Positions 12,515 through 25,930 are shown, counted from the whole stretch's first letter. The stretch is DNA of 63,595 bases, filler included, from Reticulomyxa filosa (GCA_000512085.1; 14 parts of 14 records of this genome joined end to end with filler, not necessarily neighbours in it); one strand, 5' to 3'. Program-made: numbers and translations. Notes: generated from the letters alone by a model not told the origin.

Positions 12515-13380
12515 GTCAGTGGAATTTTGTCTTTTTTTTTGTTTGTCACCTGGCAAGACAACTGAGATTCAAGTGAAATTTAGTACCTTTTTTTAGACCA
12601 GTGTACTCACAAACACAAAAAAAGAGCCTAACACAAGATATTACATACTAATCTAGTATTTGACAAATCATATTTTAATTTTGAAAATTTGATATGCACA
12701 CAAATTATCAGCTATTGGTAACTTGCTTAACAGTTCGGAGGAAATTTGCATTTGCTCAAAACAATTATTCCTAATTGGAGTGCTCTTAAGCATAATATAT
12801 ATCATACATGTTACTAGCTGTGAACATCTTAATACGAAATATGTATTATTTATTATATAATTTACTGATATTCAATAACTAAATATTACACTTTCATTTT
12901 AACATTAAACTCCAGATTTTTGCTTCTAGCTCTAAACTTTTAGACTGACTTTCTTTTTGATTTCACATTGAAGTGAATTTATTGAAATTATATTTTGTTT
13001 CGGTGATTTTCTTTTTTGGTTGGTAAGCGCTTTCCACGCGTCGATATTTAAGGGCTGCAGTTACTGAGTGTTTATTTCTTGTGAACGGATACAATATATT
13101 TGTCATATAATCACGAATGAATATGTTTTAATATGAAATAAAAAAGCACTTATTAAAAAAATATTGATGGCCCTGTCTTTTAGAAGAGCCGTTGTTGGTG
13201 TCGGTTGTATTTACATGTTCACATTGTAACAGTCCTTTTCAAAACTTTGAAGTAGTAATTAAAATATTTACAAGTTCAAGAAACAGCGTATCTACAATAT
13301 ATTTTTAAGGTCAAAGAGTTCACTATTTCTTTTCCTTTTTTAAAGCAAGTTTTTAGTTTAGCCTGACATAATAACTTGCA

Positions 13381-14961
13381 ATGTCTGTTTTGGTGTTTTC
13401 CATATTTTGGAGTTTGATATCTTGTGCTTTCGGCAAAGATCCAGGTGAGGATCAAAAGCTTTTATGATGATTTTGGTTAGGTAGTTTGTGAGCAAAGCAA
13501 TATTGTATATGCATACATCCATAGATGTGGGCAAAACGATGGTCGAGATTGTTGCTGAAAAGGGCTATCCAATCGAAGGTCGGTGCCGAATATTACGTTG
13601 TTTATCCTTTCTAGACTCATTAGTACATAATTGAGATTGGTGTGTGTTTTTTTTTTTAAAAAAAGAGCACTACATAACAACGAGGGATGGGTATATATTG
13701 GGCTGTTTTCGCATTCCATATGGAAGACATGAGAACGACAATGCATTATATATTGGAAAACCGGCAGTATTTTTAATGCACGGATTATTGGACAGCAGTT
13801 TTACATGGGTAAATAATCCAATTAACGAATCCTTGGGATATTTGCTGGCCGATGCTGGTAAAAAAAAACAAACAAAAAAAAAGAAAAAGGTAACCACAAG
13901 GTATTAATTTTTTTTTTTGGTGGTGCGGGGGGCGGCAAAAAAAAAAAAAAAAAAGGTTATGACGTATGGTTGGGAAACAACCGTGGAAATCGATACAGCA
14001 AATCACATGTAAAGTATAAAGTAAACAGTGACGAATTTTGGAATTTCAGTTATGATGAAATGGCCAAATTTGACGTTCCTGACCAAATTAGCTACGTGTT
14101 GAATTACACTAACCAAGAAAAATTGGCATTTGTCGGACACAGTGAGGGAACCATTCAAATGTTTGCAGCGCCCACGTTTACCCGCGATTTGGAATCCAAA
14201 GTCGCTATTTTTGGTGCTTTAGCACCTGTTGCTTGGGTGTACCATTGTAAATCACCCTTGATCGACGCTATGGCACTCTTTCATGTCGATACATTGTTTG
14301 AAGCGCTTGGAGTACGACAATTTCTCCCTGGCACTTTTATCAATATCTTTGCCCCTGACTTGTGCAATACCACTCCCGACATGTGTGGCCTATTCCTCGA
14401 ATTGGTGTGTGGGCCATCGCAAGATTTGAATGATAGCAGAATTGAAGTGTATGTGAGCAAAACCCCTGCCGATACGTCCGTCAAAAACATGGTCAGTTTG
14501 AATCTGTGTTTTTTTTTTTTTACACATCTGTGTACGTAGCATTTTTAAAAATTGTTTGAAGAAATTTTTTTGTTTTTTTTTTCTTCCCTCTGGTACACTC
14601 CAAAAAAAAAAAGGGACACTGGGCTCAAGGCGTCCGTCGTGATAAATTTGAAATGTTTGATTATGGAAGTGACCAAGCCAACATAGATCATTACGGATCA
14701 AAAGACCCACCACAATACAATGCTACATTGCTAAACATTCCAACAGTGTTGTATTCTGGAACCAATGATTGGTTGGCTGATCCTACTGATGTTGCAACTC
14801 TTATGAGTGTGTTGAACCCCGCTATTGTCATCGAGCACAAAGTCGTTGATGGCTTTGCTCACTTGGACTTTGTTTGGGGGATTCATGCCAACAGCGAAGT
14901 TTACTATGATTTGATCAGCAAAATCACTCAGTACTTAGGACCTGGCAAGACATCATCTTAA
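13381..14961 (+). CDS. Lysosomal/gastric acid lipase family (AB hydrolase); exons 13381-13444, 13525-13578, 13666-13857, 13956-14491, 14614-14961
   Basis: Signal peptide, then GYPIEEHYITTRDGYIL, HGLLDSS, LADAGYDVWLGNNRGNRYS, the nucleophile GHSEG, GTNDWLAD and AHLDFVWG. All four GT-AG introns restore the frame. Confidence 0.95.
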
Positions 14962-15451
14962 CTTACTTATTCCCTACTTTTCAGTCTCCTGTCGCAATTA
15001 TTTCTTTTCTTTTATAATTTTGTTGCATGGCGTGGGATCAGTCCTTTTGTTTATAAGTTTTTGTCATTAAGTTTTTCCGAGCCCATTTGTTGGGCGCATA
15101 CAATTTTTTTTACCGAAATTTTGACGACTTTGTACTCGTCTTCTCAAATCTGCTTCAAACCTTTTCCAAAATATGAGCCACTTATAATTTTTGAATAAAT
15201 GGCAAGAGAAAACATTTTCACACTTTTAGAGAGTTACCACGATTCAGAATTTTTTTCTTGATGGGAAAAAAAAGTAATATACAATCCGTAGACTGGAGAA
15301 TGAAAAGTTAGAAGGACAGTAGTAAATGAATCGGGTGGATAAATAAATATAGAAAAATGTAAAACGGTGAGTAGAACAATTGTTGGATTTTTTTATTCAC
15401 ACAAACATATTCGAGAAGAAAAATAATGTAAAGCGAGTGTGAGAGTTGGAG

Positions 15452-16650
15452 CTATGACTGGTTCTGACCACAAGGCATGGCCGGTGGTCTACGTGTACGC
15501 GCATTGCAAAACCAACGCGACACTTGATAGCGTGTTAAGCCTGTCAACTCTGCCATCAGCTGCTTTTCTTGTTTACTTGGATATGGATTGTCCAAGTGCA
15601 TGTTGTACCAATCCGCAAAGACGCGTACATCGTACTCGCTAAATTTTGGTTTTTTGGTACGTTTTTTGCGTTTGGCGGATTTTTTTTTGGCAACACAGCT
15701 GCCACTTCCGTCCAAACTCTCAGGCGTTCGATCCAAAGTGTCACTATTTGTGCCATTGTTCGGGTCGGTGTGATCTGAGACATCGCAGTTGGGGACATCT
15801 TCCGAGCTGTACCCTTTGCCGAGACCCACCTGAAAAAAGTTGTTGAAATACTTTCGCTCTTGGATTTTGGCATCAATTTCCATTTGCGTTAGGTATTGTT
15901 GCATTTGAACATAAGACAGCCTCTGACACATAATAAAAAAAAAAAACATTATCAATGACGTGTACCAAACAACAAACAAGAAAAAAAAAAAAAAAAAATA
16001 TACACAAAAAAACGTAACCATCGATCGCACGGACTGAGAGTTTGCAATAAACTGTTGAAAGAGAGAGGTCCTCGCGTGACAGTATTGCTGATACAAGATT
16101 GGATCTGCCTTGATCAAACACGCTTCCCTTTTCGGACTCACATACGACTGCTGAAAAGGGCTCCTCTATTTCCCCCCGTCGCTTTCGCATGTCATTCAAC
16201 AAGTGCAAATAATGCACGGATATTGCATACAACAAACAAACGTACACAAGGTACCAGACGTGCGTTTTCTGGCTCATTGTTCTTGGACTTGGCGTCGGTC
16301 TCTCCGACGCTTGCGACAAAGTAGTCGCCCTGCAATGACTCGCCGTTTCTGTGATGGACATGGGGGCTTGGATAGCAGGGCGCAGGATGGGATGGCACGG
16401 ACGACAGCACGCCATTCGACGCGAACTGAGTAAAGTCGTTTGAGAACATTGGCATTGTCGACGCGCCCAAAGGCAAATAGGGAGACATGTACGGGACGGC
16501 GTTGTTCGCCAACATCACTCGTGAGAAGGGAGCACAGCCAGGGGCGGCAGTATTGCACAAATCTGTGTAAATATGTTCGGCATTGGTCTTAACGTTACCG
16601 ATCGACATAAGCGTAGGGGAATTATTATTGTTATTGTTATTATTATATTA

Positions 16651-16696
<46 letters not shown>

Positions 16697-16886
16697 CGTT
16701 ATTGCTATTGTTGTCTCCGTTATCCAATTGCACGGCATCTTCGCACGTCATCAACTGTTCTGGAATATTCGCGCACTCGTGTTTGTCATATCTCGTAAAC
16801 CTATCGTCGCTGGTGGTCGTCTCATTGCTGCTCATTTCGTCTTTCATTCGAGGCAATGTTCCAATTCGAGGCCCTTCACAGTACAT
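15452..16886 (-). CDS. TALE-class homeodomain transcription factor, multi-exon
   Basis: C-terminal KKRTKKPKFSEYDVRVFADWYNMHLDNPYPSKQEKQLMAELTGLTRYQVSRWFCNARTRR has the TALE three-residue insertion and PYP. The N-terminus contains poly-N and the start is uncertain. Confidence 0.9.
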
Positions 16887-16979
16887 ATCATTTGTACGTC
16901 TTCGCTTATTTTTGTGCGCGCTTTCCTTGGTTTTTTTTTTTAAAAAAAAACGTTTTCTTTTTTTTTTTTTTTTTTGTTT

Positions 16980-17079
16980 NNNNNNNNNNNNNNNNNNNNN
17001 NNNNNNNNNNNNNNNNNNNNNNNTTAATTAATTAANNNNNNNNNNNNNNNNNNNNNNNNNNNNNNNNNNNNNNNNNNNN
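16980..17079. other. Artificial contig spacer
   Basis: N44-TTAATTAATTAA-N44. Confidence 0.98.
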
Positions 17080-17112
<33 letters not shown>

Positions 17113-17198
17113 TTCAACGATTATTGCAGGATTGGAGAGATTATAGCACATTCATACATCTTGTGTTTTTTTTTTTTTTTTTTTTTTGGGAAAAATAG

Positions 17199-17423
17199 AA
17201 CTTCACACATTGTTGATTTCATGCTTGCAATCACTGAAAAAACTCGTAATCATGTTGGTCTTGTACGCAATATTTTATTTGGTCTTCTCAATCTTCGGAG
17301 TCTATTTCATGAATGGGATTTTGCACAATCGCTGTTTTCATGATACTACTAACATTGCTTTAACACCAAACTCAAGTTTTTTGTTTGTTTTTTTTCCCTC
17401 AGTCAATACGAACAACATATTAC

Positions 17424-17456
<33 letters not shown>

Positions 17457-17852
17457 TACATATATATATACATGAAAGCATGGGATGGCATAAGCTCGAC
17501 AGATCGAAATGAGATGCAAAGTAACTTGTTTTGCAACTACCACAAATCGGATTGGCAGAATAACTCGTACTGCTTAAAGGCCTCTGAATACTACAATCTA
17601 TCGCGTCCGTATGGCCAGTGCTTGCCGATCGCGTCCAACCCCTCGGAAGGTCTTTACTCTTTTGACAACACGCTACTCGCGCTCGTGCAAGTCTTTAGCG
17701 TGTCGCTGGGACATTGGTCCATTTTGATGTCTTACGTCGAGGCTGCTCTTGGCACAAAGACCGTTCGCATTTATTTCGTGATCATTAGCTTCTTATTCTA
17801 TTTCATTCTCATTCCACTCTTTCTCGCCTGTTATTTACTTTTCGTTCTTTCA

Positions 17853-17890
<38 letters not shown>

Positions 17891-18313
17891 GCATTGACTT
17901 TGACTTTGACTTTGACTTTAACTTTGTATGACAAATTGTTTGAATAGACATAATAAATTTTTTTAGCAGCGACGCCAACGTCGAGAACGAAGAATACGTC
18001 CATCAAACAAAAGGAACATTGTTTTCAAATATGACGGCCAATGTCGTGGCGCTGCTGCCTAACAGTCCTCAGAAATTGATTCAGAAACAACGCAACGCAC
18101 TAGCAAAGGCGAGTGCGGTTGAAAAGCCAACACGCCCATTTCGACTGCAGTCTCTGTCAAGTCACTCGGCCAGCACGACCATCCGCACAAAGGAATCGAA
18201 CTACAGCAATTCTCGGATGAAAGTATGTATGTATACATATATGTATAATATATATATACATATATATGTATATGCATATTTTTCAGCTATCCTGTACCAA
18301 TATTGACATTGCG

Positions 18314-18347
<34 letters not shown>

Positions 18348-19103
18348 TTTAAAAAAAAGAGGAAATTGAAACGATGAAACGACAACTGTCGCAAAAAGCA
18401 CGACGGCATTCACGAAAAATATCATCCGAAAACGCCACAAAGCTAAACGAAGAGACACTCTCTCGCCAAAATTCTACCAAAGACGTCCCGGTGGATCGAA
18501 TGGAGCCCGTCCAACAATCCAAAGTGTTAACCGTTGCAGAAGCGCTGGCGAATTTCCAAATGGCATTGGTTAGCTATATACATATATATTTTTTTTTTAT
18601 ACAATACAACAAAGCTAATATGCGTACGTGCATAATACATATAAACATGCAATGCATACATTACACATATACATAAATATGTGTATACATGTATATGTTT
18701 ATGTGTACAAATATATATATGTGTATATGTATATGTGCAAAAAGTCGCAAGAGGGAATCGAGGAACGTGACAATCGATTAGTGGCCATAGCGGCCAAACT
18801 AAGCAACGATGCAGTGACATTGGACAAATCCGAATTGGAGACGATGACGCCTTTTCGGAAAAAGTGCTATCAGGCCGTCCGTAGCGTGTATTTCGATTTC
18901 CTTATCGTCCTATTCGCCGTGGTGAACACAGCCACGTTATCGACCAGTCAAAAGAGTTGGTCTGCTCACGCTTACTGGCGGATCGTGTACGTCAATATGA
19001 TCTTTCTGGGCTTTTACATTGTCGAAATGTTTTTCAAAATGTACGTGTTTGGGCTCAAAGGTTTTTGGACATCGAGATATGAAATCCTTGATGCTTTGGT
19101 TAT

Positions 19104-19147
<44 letters not shown>

Positions 19148-19604
19148 ATGTATATGTATTTGTGATGATAATAATATAGTTAATAATCGTTGCCAGTGGC
19201 AAGTGGATAACATCGTCAATTTTGTCAGGAGATTTAGATTGGACGAGAAACGAGGGTATTGGACTGGGCGCGGTGGTGTGCTTGCGAAGTCTGCGTATCG
19301 TTGCGTTGATTCGAAAAGTCCCGTACTTTGAGAATTTCAACCGCGTCATGTCCACGGTCTCGGACATCTTCAGCCGCATGGCGTGGCTCATGATCCTGGT
19401 CCTGTTTTGCATGGTCACGTTGGGGCTGGTGGCGACCTCGTGGTTTGGCCCGAGCATGAAGTCGACCGACAGCAAGCTGCAATTCGATTTCAGTAATGCC
19501 GTCACCTCCGTGCTTACCGTCTTCCAAGTGTCCGCCGGCCAAGATTGGCTTACCATTGCGTTACGTGCTTTGCAGCATTTCCATCCCCTCTTTCTTTTTA
19601 TATA

Positions 19605-19605
<1 letters not shown>
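17199..19605 (+). CDS. Fragment of a Cav/Nav-like voltage-gated cation channel (repeat I S5-S6, linker, repeat II S1-pore)
   Basis: S5 ..FSIFGVYFMNGILHNRCF, then SFDNTLLALVQVFSVSLGHW and S6 IYFVIISFLFYFILIPLFLA. Repeat II has FDFLIVLFAVVNT, EMFFKMYVFGLKGFW..YEILD, S4 LRSLRIVALIRK and pore FSNAVTSVLTVFQVSAGQDW. Confidence 0.85.
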
Positions 19606-19646
<41 letters not shown>

Positions 19647-19746
19647 NNNNNNNNNNNNNNNNNNNNNNNNNNNNNNNNNNNNNNNNNNNNTTAATTAATT
19701 AANNNNNNNNNNNNNNNNNNNNNNNNNNNNNNNNNNNNNNNNNNNN
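19647..19746. other. Artificial contig spacer
   Basis: N44-TTAATTAATTAA-N44. Confidence 0.98.
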
Positions 19747-20842
19747 CAATTTTAGGCAATCGTTTTTACTGATTTTCAAATTTTTTAAATGCCAACTTGT
19801 TTTGTTTAGTTAAAGTTGCTGCTCAACTTTGCTGTAATAACTCAAGTAACAAGATTGTCAAACTTTTTTCTTGACATGATTAGCTCTTTTTTTTTGTACA
19901 AGTTGGAGTAAGGACTTTTGTTTTAATTTCAATTTTTCAAATGAAATTAAGTTCTTTTAAAAATAGAAATTATAAATCATTCATACTCAAGAAGAGTAAG
20001 TAGATTTCATAAAGTTTATTTTTTTAGGGTATTCGTCCATCTATTTTTAGTTTTGAAAGGGGAATAAAAGAGGTTTTTTATTTATAATTATTAAATAACA
20101 CATTTTTTCCAGGATAGATTCCAAAAAAAAAAGAATTGCATTATTTAAAGTTTATTATTGCAAATAAGGAGATCATTGACTGCTGTTTGTGCTTTTGTGG
20201 ATAATGTGTCGTCACAAATCAGTATTTTGAATCTGTAAGAAAACGCAAATGAATTACAAAGCAAATACAGCAATGCATCTATTTTTTATGGTTCATTTGT
20301 CAAAGAAGTTGTTTTTGTTGAAACACCCAAATGGCTTTTTTTTTCTTAAAAAATTGCTTGGAAGAGAGTTTGCTGCGTTATTACATTGATTAATCATCCA
20401 TAAGAAATATTTGAGTTTGCATGATAATAAAACCTCTACTTTTAATTAATATTATGACATTGATTGTATGCAAACGTTACAATTATCAAATCTTGTAGTC
20501 TCTTTGTTGGAAAAAAGAAACTTTCTAGCAAGTTAATTTGTAAACAAAAAAAAAACCAGCAGTAGTTGGACTCTCATTCATGCTTAATGCCTTTTTTTTT
20601 AGTACCTGTAAACCTTTGAATGTTTACTAATAAATCTAAATTTTTTATGAAAACAATTAATGCTTTCCATCGTCATTGAGATTTTGTGTTTAATATTTTA
20701 TTATGCAACCAGACACCGATATTGAATTATATCTTCTTTGGATCATTGTAAACAAAAAAATACTTATTTAATAAATCAAACAATTTATTCCATTCCTAAT
20801 ATTCTCACAATAAATACATTTTCACTTCACTCTCAAACAATC

Positions 20843-20972
20843 TTCACCTGGAAGATACTGTTTCAAAAAACAATTCAACATCCTCTTCATTCAAATAACA
20901 CACTGCTGGGTTTTCTTTGTCTTGTTTAAATCGTATTTGTATCTTCCATTTGTTTAATTCATCTTCAATACT
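20843..20972 (-). CDS. Possible 3' fragment of an unknown gene at the contig end
   Basis: Open minus frame SIEDELNKWKIQIRFKQDKENPAVCYLNEEDVELFFETVSSR. No family recognised. Confidence 0.25.
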
Positions 20973-21072
20973 NNNNNNNNNNNNNNNNNNNNNNNNNNNN
21001 NNNNNNNNNNNNNNNNTTAATTAATTAANNNNNNNNNNNNNNNNNNNNNNNNNNNNNNNNNNNNNNNNNNNN
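20973..21072. other. Artificial contig spacer
   Basis: N44-TTAATTAATTAA-N44. Confidence 0.98.
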
Positions 21073-21869
21073 TTTTTAAAAAAAAATTATGTATAAATGT
21101 TGATTTTTCATTGAGAAAATCAATTATCATCATAAGATATCTAAGAATATTGTAGTTTTTAAATATCATTTTCAATTTAGCTTTTTATTAAATTTTTAAT
21201 AATTATTTCAATATTTTGTCTTCTTTTTTATTTTTATTTTTTTTAGTTGAAAATGACTAAATGGTTGCAAAAAAGTACTTTCTATGATGAACGCAAAATT
21301 AATTTTAAAAGTATTTATTGAATGTGCCAACTTAGAAGATACAAGGAGCTCCACTTACCGAAAGTGCAATCAAAATTTAGTAATTGAAGTATAATATCGT
21401 AGTATTGCTTTAGAGTGTTATGACATGTGTATGAATGTAAAAGTGACAGATGTGTCAATGCAGACATACAAAGAATTTATATACTTCACAAACTTTGAAA
21501 ATAGCAGTAAATTCTGCAAAAAATTGAGTTTTCTCAAAAATTACGCAACGTATAATGCTAATTTTTTAAAAAATATCTAATCATCGAACACTTTCTGAAA
21601 ATGCTTAAAAAAAAGTTGGCAAATTTAATGGCTACTACAAAGTCTAATTGTTAATTTTTTATCGAAAATTTTCAAAAGTAAATAAAATATTAAAATTTTT
21701 TAAACAATTAGTAAAGATTTAATAAAAAACCAAAATGATTTAAAAATCACAAGATTCGAGATATTCTTTAAAATTAAAAAAAATTATGTCTGGATGTTAT
21801 TTTTCATGAAGAAAATCACATCCATAAGATGCTGTTTTAGGTATCAACTTTACTTTGCATTCTACTGTA
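21073..21869. mobile_element. AT-rich dispersed repeat, MITE-like (Tc1/mariner-pogo-type end)
   Basis: 21090-21140 matches 40540-40588, and 21680-21869 matches 41140-41322. 21136-21220 is an inverted copy of about 21680-21765. The element ends in TTGCATTCTACTG|TA. Confidence 0.6.
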
Positions 21870-22981
21870 TTAAAAGATTAAGTGTTTAACATTATGACTT
21901 ATTATTTATGTTGTGGATGTTAATTGTTGATCCATAAGATATTGGAACAAGACTCAAGACTTAATGAATTGTTTTGAAGAAAATAAAATATAATCACACA
22001 AATTTTACATAAATGAACTATATTGAAAACACTTGTCATATAATAAAAATAAAATTATACAAATGCAAAAACTAAATACAAAACAATATTTATCGAAAAA
22101 ATTTGAAATATATGTGGGGAGTCTACTGTGGAGAATGTCACTAAATGTAATACGAAAGGAACTTAGTTCCACAAGAACAATTTCAGCAAAAGGAAAGTAA
22201 ATTAAAGAGAATAATGACAAAAAGGAAAGTAAGAAAAACAAGGAAGTAAGAAGTAGTTAACTGAGGAAGTTTAACCCAAAGGAAGCTCCTCAGTTCCATA
22301 CGAGTTCAATCATGTGTGATAAGGGCTTGCCCTACATATCGTATGAAAAAATAATGTCTTTATCTATAATAAAAGAAAGTTATTATAAAACAAATTTCAA
22401 ATTAAAAACTACAAGATTTTCAGATATTTAAATGTTTTTGAAATAGACTTTGCAATTGAGCATCAATATATTTTCAAGACAAAAAATATTATAAAAAAAA
22501 TAAGTGATATTTGATACAAGTTATTTGCAAGTGAATTGATTTAAAGAGTTGCTAAGTATTTATATGTATATGTGATATATACTTATGTATGCTGTATACG
22601 TATAAGTATATAATGATTAATTCTGTTGTCAAAACATGCGCAGAAAGTGATTACTGTCCCTCCAAACAAAGATTCCTCAATATTAAATACTTTGGAGTTC
22701 AAAAAGCCTAAATTTTCAAGAGTTCTTACATGGCCGTTGTTGAAATTATTCTTTGTCTTGTTACTTTGACAATAAATAAATTATTCCAAAGATATTGAAT
22801 GTGACAGAGTTTTGTACTCTTTCTTTTTTGTGTAATGTTATTTGTGTGCATGTTATTATACATTTATTACAAATGATTTTTAAAACTTGTAAATTGGAAA
22901 TGGTTGTCTTGTCTTAAGGATTGTTGCAACTAATTCGGAAAAGAAGAAGGGAGAAAGAAAGAAACGTGCATTTATGAGATA

Positions 22982-23352
22982 ATGAGTTGCATATCATTTT
23001 TGGGAAGCTTATGCCAAAGTAAGAATGTGCCACAAGTAAGTAAATATGAAGCGTCTTGTAGAACATTAGGCGAAAGTGCAGAAATAACAATTACTGTGGC
23101 AACGAGTAAGACGTACAATATAAACTATGGATTAAGTGATCACCCATTTACCCTGTATGAATTTGTGATATCGTATAACACGACATTGAACTGGAACATA
23201 CGGAAAAGATACAACGACTTTGCACAATTTCACAACGAACTTATAGCCAAGTATAAGCCATCCAACCCAACGAAATGCGAAGCCCTAACGAACCTGTTAC
23301 CAAAGAAGACATTGAAAAAGTCATTTGAAGCGGACTTTATCAAACAGCGACA
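22982..23352 (+). CDS. PX (phox homology) domain protein, 5' exon
   Basis: YEFVI...WNIRKRYNDFAQFHNEL...LLPKKTLKKSFEADFIKQR matches the PX consensus RRYSDF..LH..L / LPPK / F..R. Truncated by an intron and the contig end. Confidence 0.85.
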
Positions 23353-23397
23353 CGTTAACAAAAAAAACTCTCTACTTTGGTCTCTCTCTCCCCCTTC

Positions 23398-23434
<37 letters not shown>

Positions 23435-23534
23435 NNNNNNNNNNNNNNNNNNNNNNNNNNNNNNNNNNNNNNNNNNNNTTAATTAATTAANNNNNNNNNN
23501 NNNNNNNNNNNNNNNNNNNNNNNNNNNNNNNNNN
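23435..23534. other. Artificial contig spacer
   Basis: N44-TTAATTAATTAA-N44. Confidence 0.98.
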
Positions 23535-23755
23535 TCTGAAATTTCGGTGAAAAAATGTTGTTGTGTGACAAAGTTAAACCGCAATCAATCTTTTTTCAAA
23601 TAAAATTATTATTATATAAAAGATTTAATTGATGCAATAAGATATACTTTTTAAAAATCTGTTCGCTGTAATAGAAGGCAATATTCATCGAACAGAACCT
23701 TTTTAGTAAACTTGGTAACAATCTGTAAAAAAAAAAAAAAAAGCAAAATCCCAAC

Positions 23756-24646
23756 ATGAAGTATTTTTGGTGCGCTTTATTGGCAAGCTTAGCAAGTGCT
23801 CGCTTGAAAGCCAATAACATTGTGGAAGTTTCGGTTTTAATAAACGGAAACCAAAATACGTATCAAGTAGTTGAAGGGATAGCTCCAAACGCTGATGTGA
23901 CAGCATCGTATATGGATGGGATGTCAAGTGTCGGTTGGGGTTTATTGAATGTAACAATAACGAACAAGCAAGGGACGAGTATTTCCGATCCGCAACGAAT
24001 GTACGCTGCAGGGTTAGCAGAAGGATATTTGACAAGTGTGCGAATCTACGAAATATACATGAACACATACAACGTTAGCGGATTGTGGGATTTCACCAAC
24101 GGTCCTTCGGCGACTTTGAGAGAATTTTTGAATACTCAGCAACAGTACATGGACAGCCAAATTGAAGCGCACAGTAGCAATGACCAATTTTGGTGGTATG
24201 CAAAGTTGTTACAAGAGCAATTTAACGGCTTGTGGTATGGATATAACTTGTCGATAACGGAAGGATATGTCAAACAACAAAACGGGTCAATGGTACCAAT
24301 TTTCAATGATTCGTGGCCCTTGCAATTCCTGAACCTGGTAGGAGATCTGTTGGACCTGATGAGCGCTCTCAACCAAACGCTGCGAGTGGATTACAACGAC
24401 TACTTGGATAGACCCAACGAATATTGGGAAATTATGCAAAGACGAGGTCGTTGTTCCGCCTTAATCAAAGTTATGTCATATAATTTCTATTCATAGTTGT
24501 ACGTGCATATGCATATATAATATATACGTATATGTATACGTATATATTATATTTATATATGCCATATATGCAGTTTGAAGAATTAATTGTTTGCATCAAT
24601 TATAGATGACACCATTGCTGGATGATATGTTCATTGGTCATTCAAG
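23756..24646 (+). CDS. Phospholipase B-like protein (Ntn-hydrolase, PLBD family), 5' part
   Basis: Signal peptide, GWGLLNV, YAAGLAEGYLT, QFNGLWYGY, NLVGDLLDL, the autocleavage site RCSALIK, and the next exon ..DDMFIGHS (24606-24646). Confidence 0.92.
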
Positions 24647-24737
24647 GTATTTGTGTTGTTTTTGTGTTTGTGCACATGATTGTGTAATGTGGCAATATCT
24701 TACATTTTGTGTGTGCGTACACGTGCATCATACCATA

Positions 24738-24837
24738 NNNNNNNNNNNNNNNNNNNNNNNNNNNNNNNNNNNNNNNNNNNNTTAATTAATTAANNNNNNN
24801 NNNNNNNNNNNNNNNNNNNNNNNNNNNNNNNNNNNNN
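24738..24837. other. Artificial contig spacer
   Basis: N44-TTAATTAATTAA-N44. Confidence 0.98.
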
Positions 24838-25237
24838 TGAAAAAAGTTAAAAATTGCCCCCCGTTTCAATGTATCGTAAAAATTCTTCCAAACCGAGTTT
24901 ACAATGCTAATTCTAGACTCAAAATGTAATTAGATATTCCAAAGAAGTTGTCAGAAATTGTAAACGCGCACTTGCGCTAAAGTTTTTTTTAACCAACACA
25001 GAAACTATAATTTAATAAAAATACTTTCAAACGAATAGTTATAATTGACAGTACTACTAAAAAAAATTGACATTTTTTGCCTTTCAGAAACTCAAATCTC
25101 TTTGAAAAGTGTCTCAAAAAATTACGAAAGATAATATTTCGGATTTGAAAGAAACATATGTATTAGGCTGTCTTTTACTTTGTCTTTCAATTTAAGAAAT
25201 GATAAAACTTTGACATTAATTCTTGCTTTCAAGTAAA

Positions 25238-25930
25238 TTAACTCTTTATTTTTTTTATGATTTTATCAAAATCATCGATCCATACTAATTTTATCTTTAA
25301 AATTCGAATCCAATATTCAATAATAGATGTGATTTCATTTTTTGACTGTTTATAATTTATTATTTGTCTCAGTTTCATACAATAAATATACTTCTGCTTC
25401 ATTAAAATAAATAAACAAATCATCACCAATTGTGAAACATCACATACACGCAATTTAGCCTTCACGTGAATTGATACTGTTATCATTTGGCAGAATGCTA
25501 AATATTCATGATAAAATATGTAAACACGATGACACAAAATTCTGTCAAGTGCAATCAATACTAAAATAATTCCTTTCAATTTCATTAACGGTGTATCTTT
25601 TGAAATCTCAACTGTATCGAGTAAAAGTTGATTCTACGTATGTACGACTTTGCCAAAATGAGAGCGATGCGTCATATCTCTTAGTGGATTTCAAAATATG
25701 TATTTTTCATATAAGAACGAAACTGATATATTCTTTTAGTATGAAAAGCTTAAATTTTTTAGAATTATTTTTGTTAGTGTAAAACATGAAGCAATGAAAA
25801 ATAAATTGAAGTTTCAAGCTAAGTCAGTACGTTAGAGCAATTTTTTATAAATTGGTGAAATTTGGTGAAAATTTATTGTTTTGCTTCGAAGTGAATTTGA
25901 TGTTGTATTTGCATTGTTATTTGTTTAAGG
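25238..25930 (-). pseudogene. Degenerate copy of the kelch-like propeller family seen at 50864-52080
   Basis: HVKAKLRVCDVSQL|intron|SKNEITSIIEYWIRILKIKLVWIDDFDKII parallels HMKAKLRVWDVSQL|intron|SKNEIRSIVQYWIRTLNIKLGRINKFNNIV at 51882-52080, with the intron in the same position. The upstream part is broken by stops and deletions. Confidence 0.7.

Noticed and set aside
17083-19170. YIYIYI-type peptide stretches in ORF translations
   Set aside because: These are (TA)n/(TATG)n microsatellites inside introns read through by the ORF finder.
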